Assembly (NCBI RefSeq): GCF_006345805.1
Contig: NW_021834026.1
Span: 1 to 30,748 of the forward strand
Reading direction: 5' to 3'
Length of the DNA: 30,748 nucleotides
From: Octopus sinensis
Lineage: Eukaryota
The notes beneath the pieces are model-generated. The model did not search any database and was not told the DNA's origin. It saw nothing but the letters and a program-made list of their open reading frames with translations. Made by a program: the position numbers and the translations under genes. Positions 1 through 10,589 of this stretch are shown here, piece by piece. Position 1 is the stretch's first letter. Each line of letters starts with the position of its first letter.

Positions 1-393
1 AAGTTCTCCGATATCTCAGGCCTTAGAACTTTTATTTTCTGTCGGAGTCACGAAGTACTACTTGTCTTCTTCAACCCAAAAAATGTCGTTGAGAGCAACC
101 ATATGCTTAAAATCGGGTTTTGAGTATATGTATCTTGTGTGATCCAATTTTTTTGAATTATGAAACTTAAAAACTCCACCGAATATATATTATAAATGTA
201 CATATAGTATATATATAATATGGTAAAACGACTAATTTCTGTGCAACAATAGCAACAGCATTAGAAACGAGAACAATGAATCACTGCAATGATTGTAACA
301 GATCAAATTCGGGAGAAAATGGAAACAAATAAAAGAAAGCAGCGAGCTTGCAGACAAATGCTCGTACCTACAGAAACGCGGCCATATATGCAT

Positions 394-520
394 GATAATG
401 TCATAGTAACGCCCTACACGAAAAAAGGATCTGGAACTGACTGTAGCAACCATGGTGGAATCTCACTGCTTTCTATTTGCAGAGAGAAAACTGGATTGAA
501 TCATTCTTAACTGGTTCATC
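394..520 (+). pseudogene. Degenerate fragment of a non-LTR retrotransposon RT N-terminus, RTE-like
   Basis: ORF 289..510 contains DNVIVTPYTKKGSGTDCSNHGGISLLSI. After a frameshift it continues as L-D-*-I-I-L-N-W-F-I. This matches the RTE/BovB RT pattern DAxIVTxYKxKGDRxDCxNYRGISLLSIAGKILARIILNRL. Confidence 0.7.
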
Positions 521-539
521 TTGTGGTGCAAATAAGCTT

Positions 540-860
540 AATGGGTTTGGCTGAAAAGTCCATCGTCAGGCCAAGATAATCTCATTGACGGTGACCAATG
601 AGGTTCATTCTCAACAGAAACCTCCCTTCCTGGGCACATGTCCGAGCAATGTTGTTCATGGAAGATCAACAGTTGCCCATGCATACCAGTCTTTGCTCTC
701 CAAGCCACCGATGTTATCCAAGAGAAAGTGATGTCGCAACTCATTTTCACAGCTGAGTGAGCTGGAGCAACGTGAAATAAAAACGTTTTGCTCAAGAACA
801 CAACACACAGCTCGGTCCGGGTATCGAACCCACTACCTCGCGATTATGAGCCCGATGCTA
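540..860 (-). mobile_element. tRNA-derived SINE with CORE-like central domain (family A), 5' end lost in (TA)n
   Basis: Minus strand has B box GGTTCGATACC (820-830), then TTGTGTTCTTGAGCAAAAC...TTTCACGTTGCTCCAGCTCACTCAGCTG..AAATGAG. The same central block occurs at 3380-3610 and 24264-24410. Extent of the 3' part (540-730) is uncertain. Confidence 0.7.
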
Positions 861-862
861 TG

Positions 863-894
<32 letters not shown>

Positions 895-1816
895 CATGTC
901 AAGTCATATGATAATGAAATAACAGGGCGATGAGTTACTCAACACATTTACTTGAATATACGTTTATCAAACCAAAGATTGATAGTGACTTCGAAATTTT
1001 AGGTACCTCTGTGTCCGAGAGCTTAATACTAATGAATACAAGGGCGAAGACAAATACCGTAAATTCAAAAGCCTGTAACAGCCATTTCTATAAAAAAATT
1101 ACACACAAGCTATATATATATATAGATATATATACATATCTATATATATATATATATTCTATTAATATCTAATATATATATATCATTATATATATACTAT
1201 ATAACGGGAAGGTTTAAGAAAATAAACAAAGACGAAGGCAGGTGGAGTACAAACAAACAAATGTATTAGTATGGCGCTCACATGCATATATATATGCGTC
1301 TGAGCGTATGTGTGTATATGTGTTTTATGTGTTTGAATGTGTGGAAATGAATGAATTCTTAATATATTCAACACACAGTAACCTTTGGCAGCAGGTTGCG
1401 CCACATCTCTAACATTTCCTTCCAGCTATTGACATCCAATGGATATGATATTAATACTTTTCACGAAGACCTCATTTCATAATACTACTATTCAATTAAT
1501 AAATGGGTGTTATATTAAGTAATCGGTGTTAATTAGTATAAAATTGGTTTTGTAATATACCAGCCTAATGACGTTTGGTTGTTACAGACCTAAAAGAGTA
1601 TTTCCCGAGGTATAAAGCGTTACATAATTAATTACGGTAGAAGGAAAGAAAGAATCCATTATGATTGTGTATATGTTCGAATGAAATTAGTTGTGGACTT
1701 ATAAAGATTTCTGTTAAATGGTTACACATTAACTTATTAGCATTACTACAATACTCGTTCGTTTTTGTTCTGGGAATGTATTGACATAGTTAGAAAGAAA
1801 AAACGGGGCACGCCCA

Positions 1817-1878
1817 TCTCTCTCTCTCTTTCTATGTCTCTCTCTGTCTGTCTCTGCGTCTCTCTCTCTCTCTCTCTG

Positions 1879-1923
<45 letters not shown>

Positions 1924-2044
1924 TGTGTGTGTGTGTGTACGTAGACACACACGTTCAGCCATACATACATACCTATCTATCTGTCTATCTATCTATGAAT
2001 CAATTTATCAATCTATCTATTTATCTATTATATCAAATCTATCT

Positions 2045-2077
<33 letters not shown>

Positions 2078-2084
2078 ATTATAT

Positions 2085-2126
<42 letters not shown>

Positions 2127-2270
2127 ATATATACATTACATACATATATTATTCTATATATATATATATATATATATAATCTATATATTATATATATATA
2201 TATATTATAGATGAGTGAGAGAGAAAGAGGGAGAGAGAGAAACGGAAGAGAGAGAGAGAGAGAGAAGAGC
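1817..2270. repeat. Compound microsatellite (CT)n-(TA)n-(TG)n-(TATC)n-(TA)n-(GA)n
   Basis: Directly visible tandem di- and tetranucleotide arrays. Confidence 0.95.
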
Positions 2271-2848
2271 AATGGGCAGAGAAAAGGTTGTAGTGGACGT
2301 CTGATTATGTGCAGGAATAATTGTTATAAATAAAATTTATGGCAATAATCTAGAGATAGAGGACTCATGCTATGAAATGACAACATTTCTCTAAAGAGAT
2401 TCAAAATAACGGATGACACTGTGCCATTATAATTGATATTTGTATGTATATAATATGTATTGATGTATGGTCACATGCATACTAATGTATAGACACAAGC
2501 ATATATTGATTGTAATTTATAAATTACTAAAAATACTCAGACATCGCTCTCTCTCTCTCTCTCTCTATATAATATCTATAATATATATATATATATATAT
2601 TAGATACAAACTTTGAAATGGATGCGGGCTTCGATTCATATAATAATATATATATATATATATATATATAAGATAAAACTTTGAAATGGATGCGATTCGG
2701 GGAGTTCGATGATATCCATAATAATATATAATATATATATATATATATATAATATATATATATATATTATATATAATATATAATATATATATATATGCAT
2801 ACATAGACACATATAAATGTCTACATGTAGATATATGTACATATACAA

Positions 2849-3130
2849 GCATATATGAGTACAGGCCATAAAATAACCGAAAAAATGAGAGAAACGAGAC
2901 ATTAAAAAAAACAAAGGCATGGAAAAAGAACTTCTTTTCGTACAACGAAAGAAACAAATAGGGAAACGAGACAGGCAACATAAAGAAGTGTCCCTTCATC
3001 AGTTGTCCCTTGTTTTAAACGCGGGGTAGAATAAACGCGTATTAGGTAAGTTCGTTTCCTATGCTTTTGTTCTTTATGTTCTCGTTTCTCATTTTAGTTA
3101 TGTTTTTGGACGTCCTGTACCCATATATGC
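2849..3130. repeat. Imperfect inverted repeat (foldback) embedded in (TA)n arrays
   Basis: The left arm 2849-2933 (GCATATATGAGTACAGG...AATGAGAGAAACGAGACATT...CAAAGGCATGGAAAAAGAACTT) aligns with the reverse complement of 3048-3130 (GCATATATGGGTACAGG...AATGAGAAACGAGAACAT...CAAAAGCATAGGAAACGAACTT). The spacer is ~114 bp. Weaker symmetry extends to ~2800 and ~3220. Confidence 0.7.
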
Positions 3131-3149
3131 GTATATATATGTATATATA

Positions 3150-3199
<50 letters not shown>

Positions 3200-3379
3200 G
3201 GCATGTATATGTGATGTGTGTATATAAGCATATTATATATATTATCATATATATTATATTTATTATATTATTATTTATATATATATAATAATATATATAT
3301 ATATATATAATGACTTTTATTCCTATTAATTCTACCAGTTCATCTAATTGTATATATTGTTACTTTTCATAAATTGTTA

Positions 3380-3610
3380 CTTTTTAAACCCTAGCCAGGC
3401 TTATGGGCCCGGTTTTAATGGCGTAGTATGTGTTTCCCAGCTGGACGGGACGCCAGTCCATCGCCGCGTTACTCATGTTTGCCAGCTGAGTGGACTGGAG
3501 CAATGTGAAATGAAGTGTTTTGCTCCAGAACACAACGCGTCGCCGGGTCCAGGAATCGAAACCACATTCTTACGGTATTGATGCTGACACCCTAACAACT
3601 AAGCCACGGC
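3380..3610 (-). mobile_element. tRNA-derived SINE, family A (CORE-like)
   Basis: Minus strand: A box TGGCTTAGTTG, B box GTTTCGATTCC, central TTGTGTTCTGGAGCAAAACACTTCATTTCACATTGCTCCAGTCCACTCAGCTGGCAAACATGAG. Confidence 0.85.
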
Positions 3611-3619
3611 TGCTGTCAC

Positions 3620-3953
3620 GTGTGGGACGAGGCCATTGAGGATACGAACCCAATATTGTAACAGCTCGGGATTCAAAGGGCCACTAAGTTTTAATGCCCT
3701 ACCACAGAACCTCAGGGATCTGCAAGATAAAGACATGGAAGTCATCAAAAAACGTCTAGACTCTTCTTTATCTGCAGTACCGGAGGAACCTGCATCGCCG
3801 CAGGAGGTACAAACAAGAGCGGCAACGTCCAACTCGATACTTCACCAGAAACAATACTGGAAAAATCCCCGGATGCAGTAAAGGCGGTGCACCAGCATGG
3901 CCTCAGCCTCTGGCTGAAACCATGAAGGATAACATAAAAGATAAAAGATAAGA
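3620..3953 (+). mobile_element. 5'-truncated CR1-clade LINE: ORF2 C-terminus, 3' UTR and tandem tail
   Basis: ORF 3636..3881 (GFKGPLSFNALPQNLRDL...KKRLDSSLSAVPEEPASPQEVQTRAATSNS) is homologous to the C-terminus of the copy at 14950-15981. It ends in GGCGGTGCACCAGCATGGCC, a stem-loop, GAAAC and (AAAAGAT)n. Confidence 0.85.
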
Positions 3954-4014
3954 AGTAATATATATGTATGTATATATATATATATACTATATAATATATA
4001 TATATATATATATA

Positions 4015-4454
4015 TCTATAATAAACGGCAAGTTTCAGTTGTTGTCTGTGTGTCTGTGTGTCTGTCAGGTTGTACCCTCACCCTGACCACGGCTTTCATC
4101 CGATTCTGATGAAACTTGACACACACATAGCCCAATGTCATAATTCAAAACTAAGCGCCGAAAATTTTGAAAAGTTCCCCTAGTTCTGGAAAAAATCGAT
4201 AAATTCGACATGGGGTCGAGAATCTAAGCTTTTTATATGCAACACATTTTTCTGTCTAGGGGGCACAACTCGACCTTTTTATCGCCCAAAGGGACAGCTA
4301 GGAACATCGTATACACAGAAGTATTCGAGTGAAGAGAAGACATTGCAACCTACACCTGCGCCTTCGTTCCCTAGAGAGAAAGGACTAGATTGGGATTAGT
4401 CGTTGCCTACTAGGGGCTCTTACATACCCGGGCAACGCCTGGCTATGCTGCTAG
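4015..4454 (+). mobile_element. Non-autonomous Helitron (440 bp)
   Basis: 5' TC at 4015 preceded by A. 3' GC-rich hairpin CCGGGC-AAC-GCCTGG (4428-4442), then CTAG (4451-4454) followed by T, giving an A|T insertion with no TSD. A (TGTC)-type microsatellite lies near the 5' end. Confidence 0.85.
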
Positions 4455-4734
4455 TATATATATATACGTATAATTAAATAAGGGTAGACATTGATGGTGG
4501 TGATCCTGCAGATGTTTGCGGGTCCATATACGTAAATATTAACAAGTGAAACCAATGGTACATAGGTCATCGTTTTTCATTTCGCATATTTTCATGTCTT
4601 GCTTATTTTTACACTTTGGTTTTTGGGCTGAGATTTTTCTTGAGAACACATTCTTCATGGTAAATGGCGATTTGACGTCTATGTTTAGCATATAGGCTGT
4701 CCACTTTTAGTAGTCAGTTCTCTAAATTTTGCGT

Positions 4735-4770
4735 GTGTATATATACATATATATATACATAGAAAATATA

Positions 4771-4841
<71 letters not shown>

Positions 4842-4844
4842 GAG

Positions 4845-4879
<35 letters not shown>

Positions 4880-4880
4880 T
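4735..4880. repeat. (TA)n-(GA)n microsatellite
   Basis: Directly visible. Confidence 0.95.
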
Positions 4881-5104
4881 ACTATTTGTTGATTGAAGCC
4901 ATGTATTGGATTAACGACCACCGGATGTCTGGATTTTCATATCTCGCTATTCGATCACAGCTAAGTATCCTGAGGAATTTGAAATTCGCGTTATTCAGTG
5001 CGGACAGATGAGGAGACGGATCGGAGTTCAGAGTCAGGGCAGAAACACGATCTGTTTTCCTATATTTTTATCTCGATAAACACACCCATCGAACTGTTTA
5101 ACTA

Positions 5105-5232
5105 TGTTTGTGTGTTTGCTTGTATGCATGCTTGTATGCGTTATGTATTTATGTATGTTTGCTTGTATATATATCTGTACATATGTATGTATGTATGTAT
5201 CTATATACGTATGCAAACATGTATATATATAG

Positions 5233-5265
<33 letters not shown>

Positions 5266-5280
5266 TAGATAGATAGATAG

Positions 5281-5317
<37 letters not shown>

Positions 5318-5496
5318 TAAATTTATATAAATAAGGATAAGATCGTTAATTTAAAATAGAATAACGATCTTATCAAGTGGCCATGTTGCTATATGAACAC
5401 TCAATGTGGTTTTTAGAGTCGGATCATGGCTGCTATTTTCAGCATGGTGGTATCTCGTAGATACCCTAATTTATAATTTAATATATATATGTAATA

Positions 5497-5552
<56 letters not shown>

Positions 5553-5582
5553 CTATATATAGTATTATATATATATATATAT

Positions 5583-5628
<46 letters not shown>

Positions 5629-5636
5629 ATATATAT

Positions 5637-5666
<30 letters not shown>
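5105..5666. repeat. (TATG)n, (GA)n, (GATA)n and long (TA)n arrays with a short unique spacer
   Basis: Directly visible; (GATA)n ~5265-5316, (TA)n ~5475-5666. Confidence 0.9.
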
Positions 5667-5667
<1 letters not shown>

Positions 5668-6457
5668 CGGGGATGAGTCAAAAAGTAATGCCATTTTCTT
5701 TATTTCATGTCAGTTATTTTGATAAGAATAACTGACAATCTCCCAGTGATAAATGATTATATCATTTACGTTCTGAAATATTCTTTTTTTTTTTGTTTTC
5801 AGGTTTTTAGACTGGTAAGGAAAGTTCAAAATGGCTTCCCCCCTTAGAGTTACGTCAAAAACAAAGAGCAGTGATAGAATGTCTTGTTGCTGAGGGGAAA
5901 CCCCTGTGAACATTCACCGACGATTACAAAATGTCTTTGAGGACAATACTTTAGATTATAGCAATATATGCAGGTGGATCTGTCGTCTGAAAGATGAAAA
6001 GATGGAACTGTGAGTGCAGCCGATAAATCCCGTCCTGCCGTCCGTCCACTTCTGTGAATCCTGCCAATAAAGCAAAAAAAGAAGACAGGCGCATAACTCT
6101 TGATAAGTTAGAAGAAAACGTTGAAGTGAGCCATGGAAGTGCTTACAGCATTGTCGAACCTCTTGGCTTTTGAAAAGTATGTGCCCGTTGGGTACCGACA
6201 GAGCTGACTACCGAACGCACCACTTACAGGGTCAATGCCTGCACTCACAATATTTAGCGCCTTCAGACTATCGTTTCTTCGGCCCCATGAAAGAGGGTCT
6301 GTGAGGCAAACATTATTCCAGTGACGAGGAAGAGAAAACTGTACTGAGGAAGTGGCTCAAAGAACAGTCAAAAGAATTTTGCGGGGCAGGGATACATGCT
6401 CTCATTGGAAGGTGGAACATTGCTATTGAAAGAAACGGTGACTATTTTGAGAAGTAG
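5668..6457 (+). mobile_element. Internally deleted, 3'-truncated mariner transposon
   Basis: TA then a TIR-like start CGGGGATGAGTCAAAAAGTAATGCC at 5668. ATG at 5831 gives MASPLELRQKQRAVIECLVAEG..PVNIHRRLQNVF (HTH). KVCARWVPTELT at ~6177-6212, LAPSDY at 6254-6271, and C-terminal RWNIAIERNGDYFEK* with the stop at 6455-6457. Frameshifts and stops are present, the region holding the first two catalytic Asp is deleted, and no right TIR is seen. Confidence 0.9.
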
Positions 6458-7189
6458 GCCCGAAACGTAAAAGGACTTTCTCACTTCTCGAAGGCCAAAA
6501 GTGTGTCAAATCTATCTATCTATTATTATTGATGTTTGATGTTTATTTCTATCAAACATCATTTCAGCTTCCTTGCTTCAAACATGCAAATACTTTCATT
6601 TACACTTAACAATAGTTTAAAGGCCTGAGTTAGCAGGGTGACAGAAACTCGGTCCGGTGACCACGCACTCAAACACCGGAGTAAACACATAAATGTGAAA
6701 CAAGGTGGAAAAAAAGAGTACTCAAATACCAGTGGTAGAGTTATAATTATTATTAAAACGAAAATTATCGATCGAAGCGTGAAATCGAAGACGATATTTA
6801 CTTTATTTAACTGACCAATGTGAAAGACTATCACATCTTTTAGATTACATATTTTTTTCTAGCTGCCAACGCTTTTTTTAAGTTCGACAGAGAAGGCGAG
6901 ATTGGGAGGAACGAGTTAAAAGAAATGCGTCAGAATCCGACGATGATTTTGACGTCTGAGCCATTTCTTAAACATAATTATCTAAATACCATTAAACGCG
7001 GTGCAATATCAAATATATGTTGGGAAATTTGATATGTGGTCCAGTGTCAGCGGATATTGGTGTTAGGAGTGAATTTGTATGTATTTGGGGTGAATTTGGT
7101 GGGGTGGGGGTATGGGGAACGTCTGACGTCATCCAAATATTTGTTCATGGATTCCTTATGTGATGGAGTGCATCCAAAGTATGCATATA

Positions 7190-7463
7190 CGCTCACACAT
7201 ACACACACACGAGTATCTATATGCGTATATGTGTATGTGCGAGTCTGTGTGCGTGTGTACGTGTATGTATGTGTGTATGTGTTAATATGTACATATACAG
7301 ATACACATACTAATACATATATATTCACACACACACACATGCATAAACATATATCTATATATTTGTAATATATATATATATATATATACATACATATATA
7401 TAAACATATATATGTGTAGATATAATATATATATACATATATATAAATATATATGTATGTATG

Positions 7464-7511
<48 letters not shown>

Positions 7512-7671
7512 AATATATATACATACATATAAACATATATATGTATGATGTAATATATATTTGTGTATATATAATAGCTATGTATATATATTATATATAT
7601 ATATATATATGCATCTATATATATATATAATATATATATATATTTATATATATATATGTATAATATATATG

Positions 7672-7720
<49 letters not shown>

Positions 7721-7745
7721 TATATATATATACGTACATACGCAT
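7190..7745. repeat. Degenerate (CA)n/(TG)n and long (TA)n arrays
   Basis: Directly visible. Confidence 0.9.
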
Positions 7746-8320
7746 GCATATATGCATTACACTAAAACTTCTTCCCCGGTATTCGCGGCCATGGCTCCGT
7801 GCCCATATTTCTTTCTGCCTAAGATATTGTATTTTTGGTGGGGGTCATCATATAGTTAATACTTTCTAAACTATACAATGTCGATATCTAAAAATATCAC
7901 AAATAAAACACTTCCTTTCTCTCTCTCTCTCTCAACCTCTTTCTCTCCCATCTCCAATCCCTCTCTTTCTCTCTCTCTCTCTTCTCTCCTTCTCTTTCTT
8001 TATAAATCTATCTTTTTATCTATCTCTCAATCTATTTGTCTATCCTTCTCTCATTGACGTGTTTGCGTGAATGTTTGCATACGTTTCCATGCAATTTCAT
8101 AAATGCATGAATATGTGTGTACTTTATAGAAACATGTAGCAATGCATGTCACCTAAAAATAGGCATTGGACATGTTCTCATTTCATTCACTTGCTTATAC
8201 GTGTGTGCGTTAATACATCCATTGGTGTGTATGAATATGTACTTCTACATATACTTATAAATATATGCATCTACACCGATTTGTACATATGCATATATGT
8301 GCGTTGTGTGTGTGTGTATG

Positions 8321-8353
<33 letters not shown>

Positions 8354-8367
8354 ACACACACACACAC

Positions 8368-8414
<47 letters not shown>

Positions 8415-8424
8415 ATATATATAT

Positions 8425-9478
8425 AAACTTAGATATGTTTCGACCAAAGATTGGTCCAGGCCATGTCTAACTTAATAGCACCACCTGATAGGATTATTCG
8501 AATCCTGTTTAAGTCAAGTTTTGTTCAAGTAGTGAGTTCTTGTTGGGTGAGTTGTATCCAATTATGGGTGGCTTATCTGGTATTCTTTGAAGGAATCTAT
8601 CCAGACTCTTTTAAAGTTGATGGGATCCATTTCCTCTTTGATCTCTCTCGGGACAATGTTAAATAGGGCAGGGCCTGTTGAGAAAAGAAATTATGTTGCA
8701 GTGACATGTATGTTGTGATCTTGAATGGGCAGGGGGGGACGTATCGCCCGTGGTCCAAGTCTTGGATGAACCTTGAAGCTAAGTTTAGGTCGTTTGGGCA
8801 AAGTTGGCGGTATATTTTCCACATCGTACAAATGATTGTACCGCTCAACGGCGACGCGGAGGGAGTAAAGTTTCAAGGCTTTAAGGTGATCCCAATAATC
8901 GAGAGCAGCCATGCCTTCAATTCGTTTAGTGAGTGCCCTCTGGGGTGACTCAATTCTGGAGATGTTTTGTCTTGTGTGAGGAGACCACAGTGGGCAGCAT
9001 TATTCAAGGTGTGGCCGTACAAAGAGGAAAAAAGTGGTATGATGACACCTTGTTCTCTGGACCGGAAAGTTCTTAAGATCCAGAAAACTCATCCTACGAG
9101 CTATATCGACTTTCTTGTTGATGTGTGCACTCCAACTGAGATCGTCATCAAAACAATTACACCCAGGTCTCTGATATTGTTAGAGGCTGTGAGCGGTTCC
9201 CCTGAAGGAATTACTGAGAGAGTATGGTTGTTTTAGTGAGGAGTTTCTTCCAAATTGCATCAGCTCAAATTTTCCCTCGTTCAGTTGCATTTGTTTCGTC
9301 TGCCCATTGACTCACAGCATATAGATCAGACTGGAGTTGAGTTCAGTCTGCTTCTTCATTGACGATTTGCTGAAGCTTGGTGTCATCAGCAAATATTTTC
9401 ACTTTGCAGTAATGTACGACACTGGAAAGGTCGTTTATGTAGATTATGAAGAGTAGCGGACCCAAGACAGTCCCCGTG
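8425..9478 (-). mobile_element. 5'-truncated CR1-clade LINE: RT core to 3' end, frameshifted
   Basis: Minus strand translates GTVLGPLLFIIYINDLSSVVHYCKVKIFADDTKL (FADD at 9382-9393), then LRTFRSRE, LDYWDHLKALKLYSLR and GPALFNIVP. The 3' motif is GGTGGTGC...CATGGCCTG-GACCA-ATCTT-TGGTC-GAAAC (8437-8485). (TA)n flanks both ends. Confidence 0.92.
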
Positions 9479-9501
9479 TGTATATATATATATATATATA
9501 T

Positions 9502-9543
<42 letters not shown>

Positions 9544-9685
9544 GGTGTTTAGTTCACTGGTGATCTAAACGAGTACGTACGCTAGGTAAGTACTGTAACG
9601 TATTATCAGTGTTCCAAGCTCGTAACTGAGACAGGAGCTATGGATCCAACTTAGGTTTCCGATTTAGAAGATATACGTAATATAT

Positions 9686-9765
<80 letters not shown>

Positions 9766-9976
9766 ATGAGAGGTAGTGGTGTCAATAAGACCCAAAGCTG
9801 TCAGGTAATGCTGAGTAAGTGCTATGGACAGAATATAGTTAAAGTCCAGGTTCGGTGATTATGCGAATAAGGAGTCTAACATAGGTCATATATCAGCATG
9901 TGTATATATATTTTTTTTATTTTGAGAATGCGATAAAAAATCAAGGCTCTGAAGATTTTAGAACATTTATAAATAG

Positions 9977-10024
9977 GTCTTGCAGCTGATTGCACGATAC
10001 TTATTATATTCCTTCATCGGAGAC
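9977..10024 (-). ncRNA. Dead type I hammerhead ribozyme relic (left arm)
   Basis: Minus strand: GTCT-CCGATGA-AGGAATATAATAAGTATCGTG-CAA-T-CAGCTG-CA-AGAC. Stem I GTCT/AGAC and the CAGCTG palindrome are retained, but G12, 15.1 and 16.1 are non-canonical. Confidence 0.55.
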
Positions 10025-10184
10025 GGATTTGAGAAAATGGTTAGGTCCTTAGTTTTGGTAAGGAGGAGTAAGAGGAAAGTCTTTTGTGAAGGAATAATTG
10101 TGGCCTTAAGAGAAAAGCCAATTGTTTAAGACTTTCTTCTTACGCCTCCTTACCCAATATAAGGACCTAACCATTTTCTCACAC

Positions 10185-10234
10185 TGTCTCCGATGAAGGG
10201 ATATAATATATATCCCCCAACCAGCTGTAAGATA
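10185..10234 (+). ncRNA. Dead type I hammerhead ribozyme relic (right arm)
   Basis: TGTCT-CCGATGA-A-GGGATATA-ATA-TATATCCC-C-CAA-C-CAGCTG-TA-AGATA. Stem I has 5 bp (one G.U), stem II has 8 bp, stem III is a palindrome; substitutions U4C, G12C and A15.1C. Confidence 0.65.
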
Positions 10235-10300
10235 TATTTATAAATATTCTAAAATCTTCACAGCCTTGGTTTTTTATCTCAATCTGAAAAAAAATAATAA

Positions 10301-10335
<35 letters not shown>

Positions 10336-10589
10336 GTGTAGATATATACAGATGGATATGTGTATGTGTGTGAGTGAGCGTGTATGTGTGTATTTGTCTG
10401 TGTATTAAGGCAGGAGTTGGACATATTTATATATGACAATAGTCAAACAGTAATTCTACGATGTCTTAATACACAATTTACTTTTACTAGTAACGGTTGA
10501 CAGTAACTTCGAAATTTAGTCGAACTGAAATTATATTGGCGGGATCGAATCCAAAGAAACATTGTGGAAAGAACGTATTTTGAACGTCC

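Larger units (their letters stand above)
9905..10305. repeat. Head-to-head inverted duplication of a hammerhead-bearing (Penelope-like 3'-end) segment
   Basis: The arms ~9905-10083 and ~10128-10305 are reverse complements, roughly 85% identical by eye over ~150 bp. The spacer is 44 bp (10084-10127), and both outer ends run into TA-rich repeats. Confidence 0.9.

Noticed and set aside
1-180. Possible end of a DNA transposon (minus strand begins GGTGGAGTTTTTAAG, reminiscent of TAGGGTG-type TIRs)
   Set aside because: The window edge removes the partner end; there is no second copy or coding evidence.
1195-1290. Short segment that resembles a recurrent repeat tail next to (TA)n
   Set aside because: Based only on recollection; no second copy or diagnostic motif in the window.
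2990-3002. CTGATGA on the minus strand as a hammerhead core
   Set aside because: No GAAA follows the possible stem II, and there is no stem I/III closure.
4106-4116. CTGATGAAAC as a hammerhead core
   Set aside because: No stem II or downstream GAAA; it lies within the Helitron 5' region.
4990-5090. Possible exon RTDEETDRSSESGQKHDL after TTATTCAG
   Set aside because: Weak acceptor, no donor, no recognisable homology.
9382-9390. CTGATGA on the minus strand
   Set aside because: These are the Ala-Asp-Asp codons of the LINE FADD motif.
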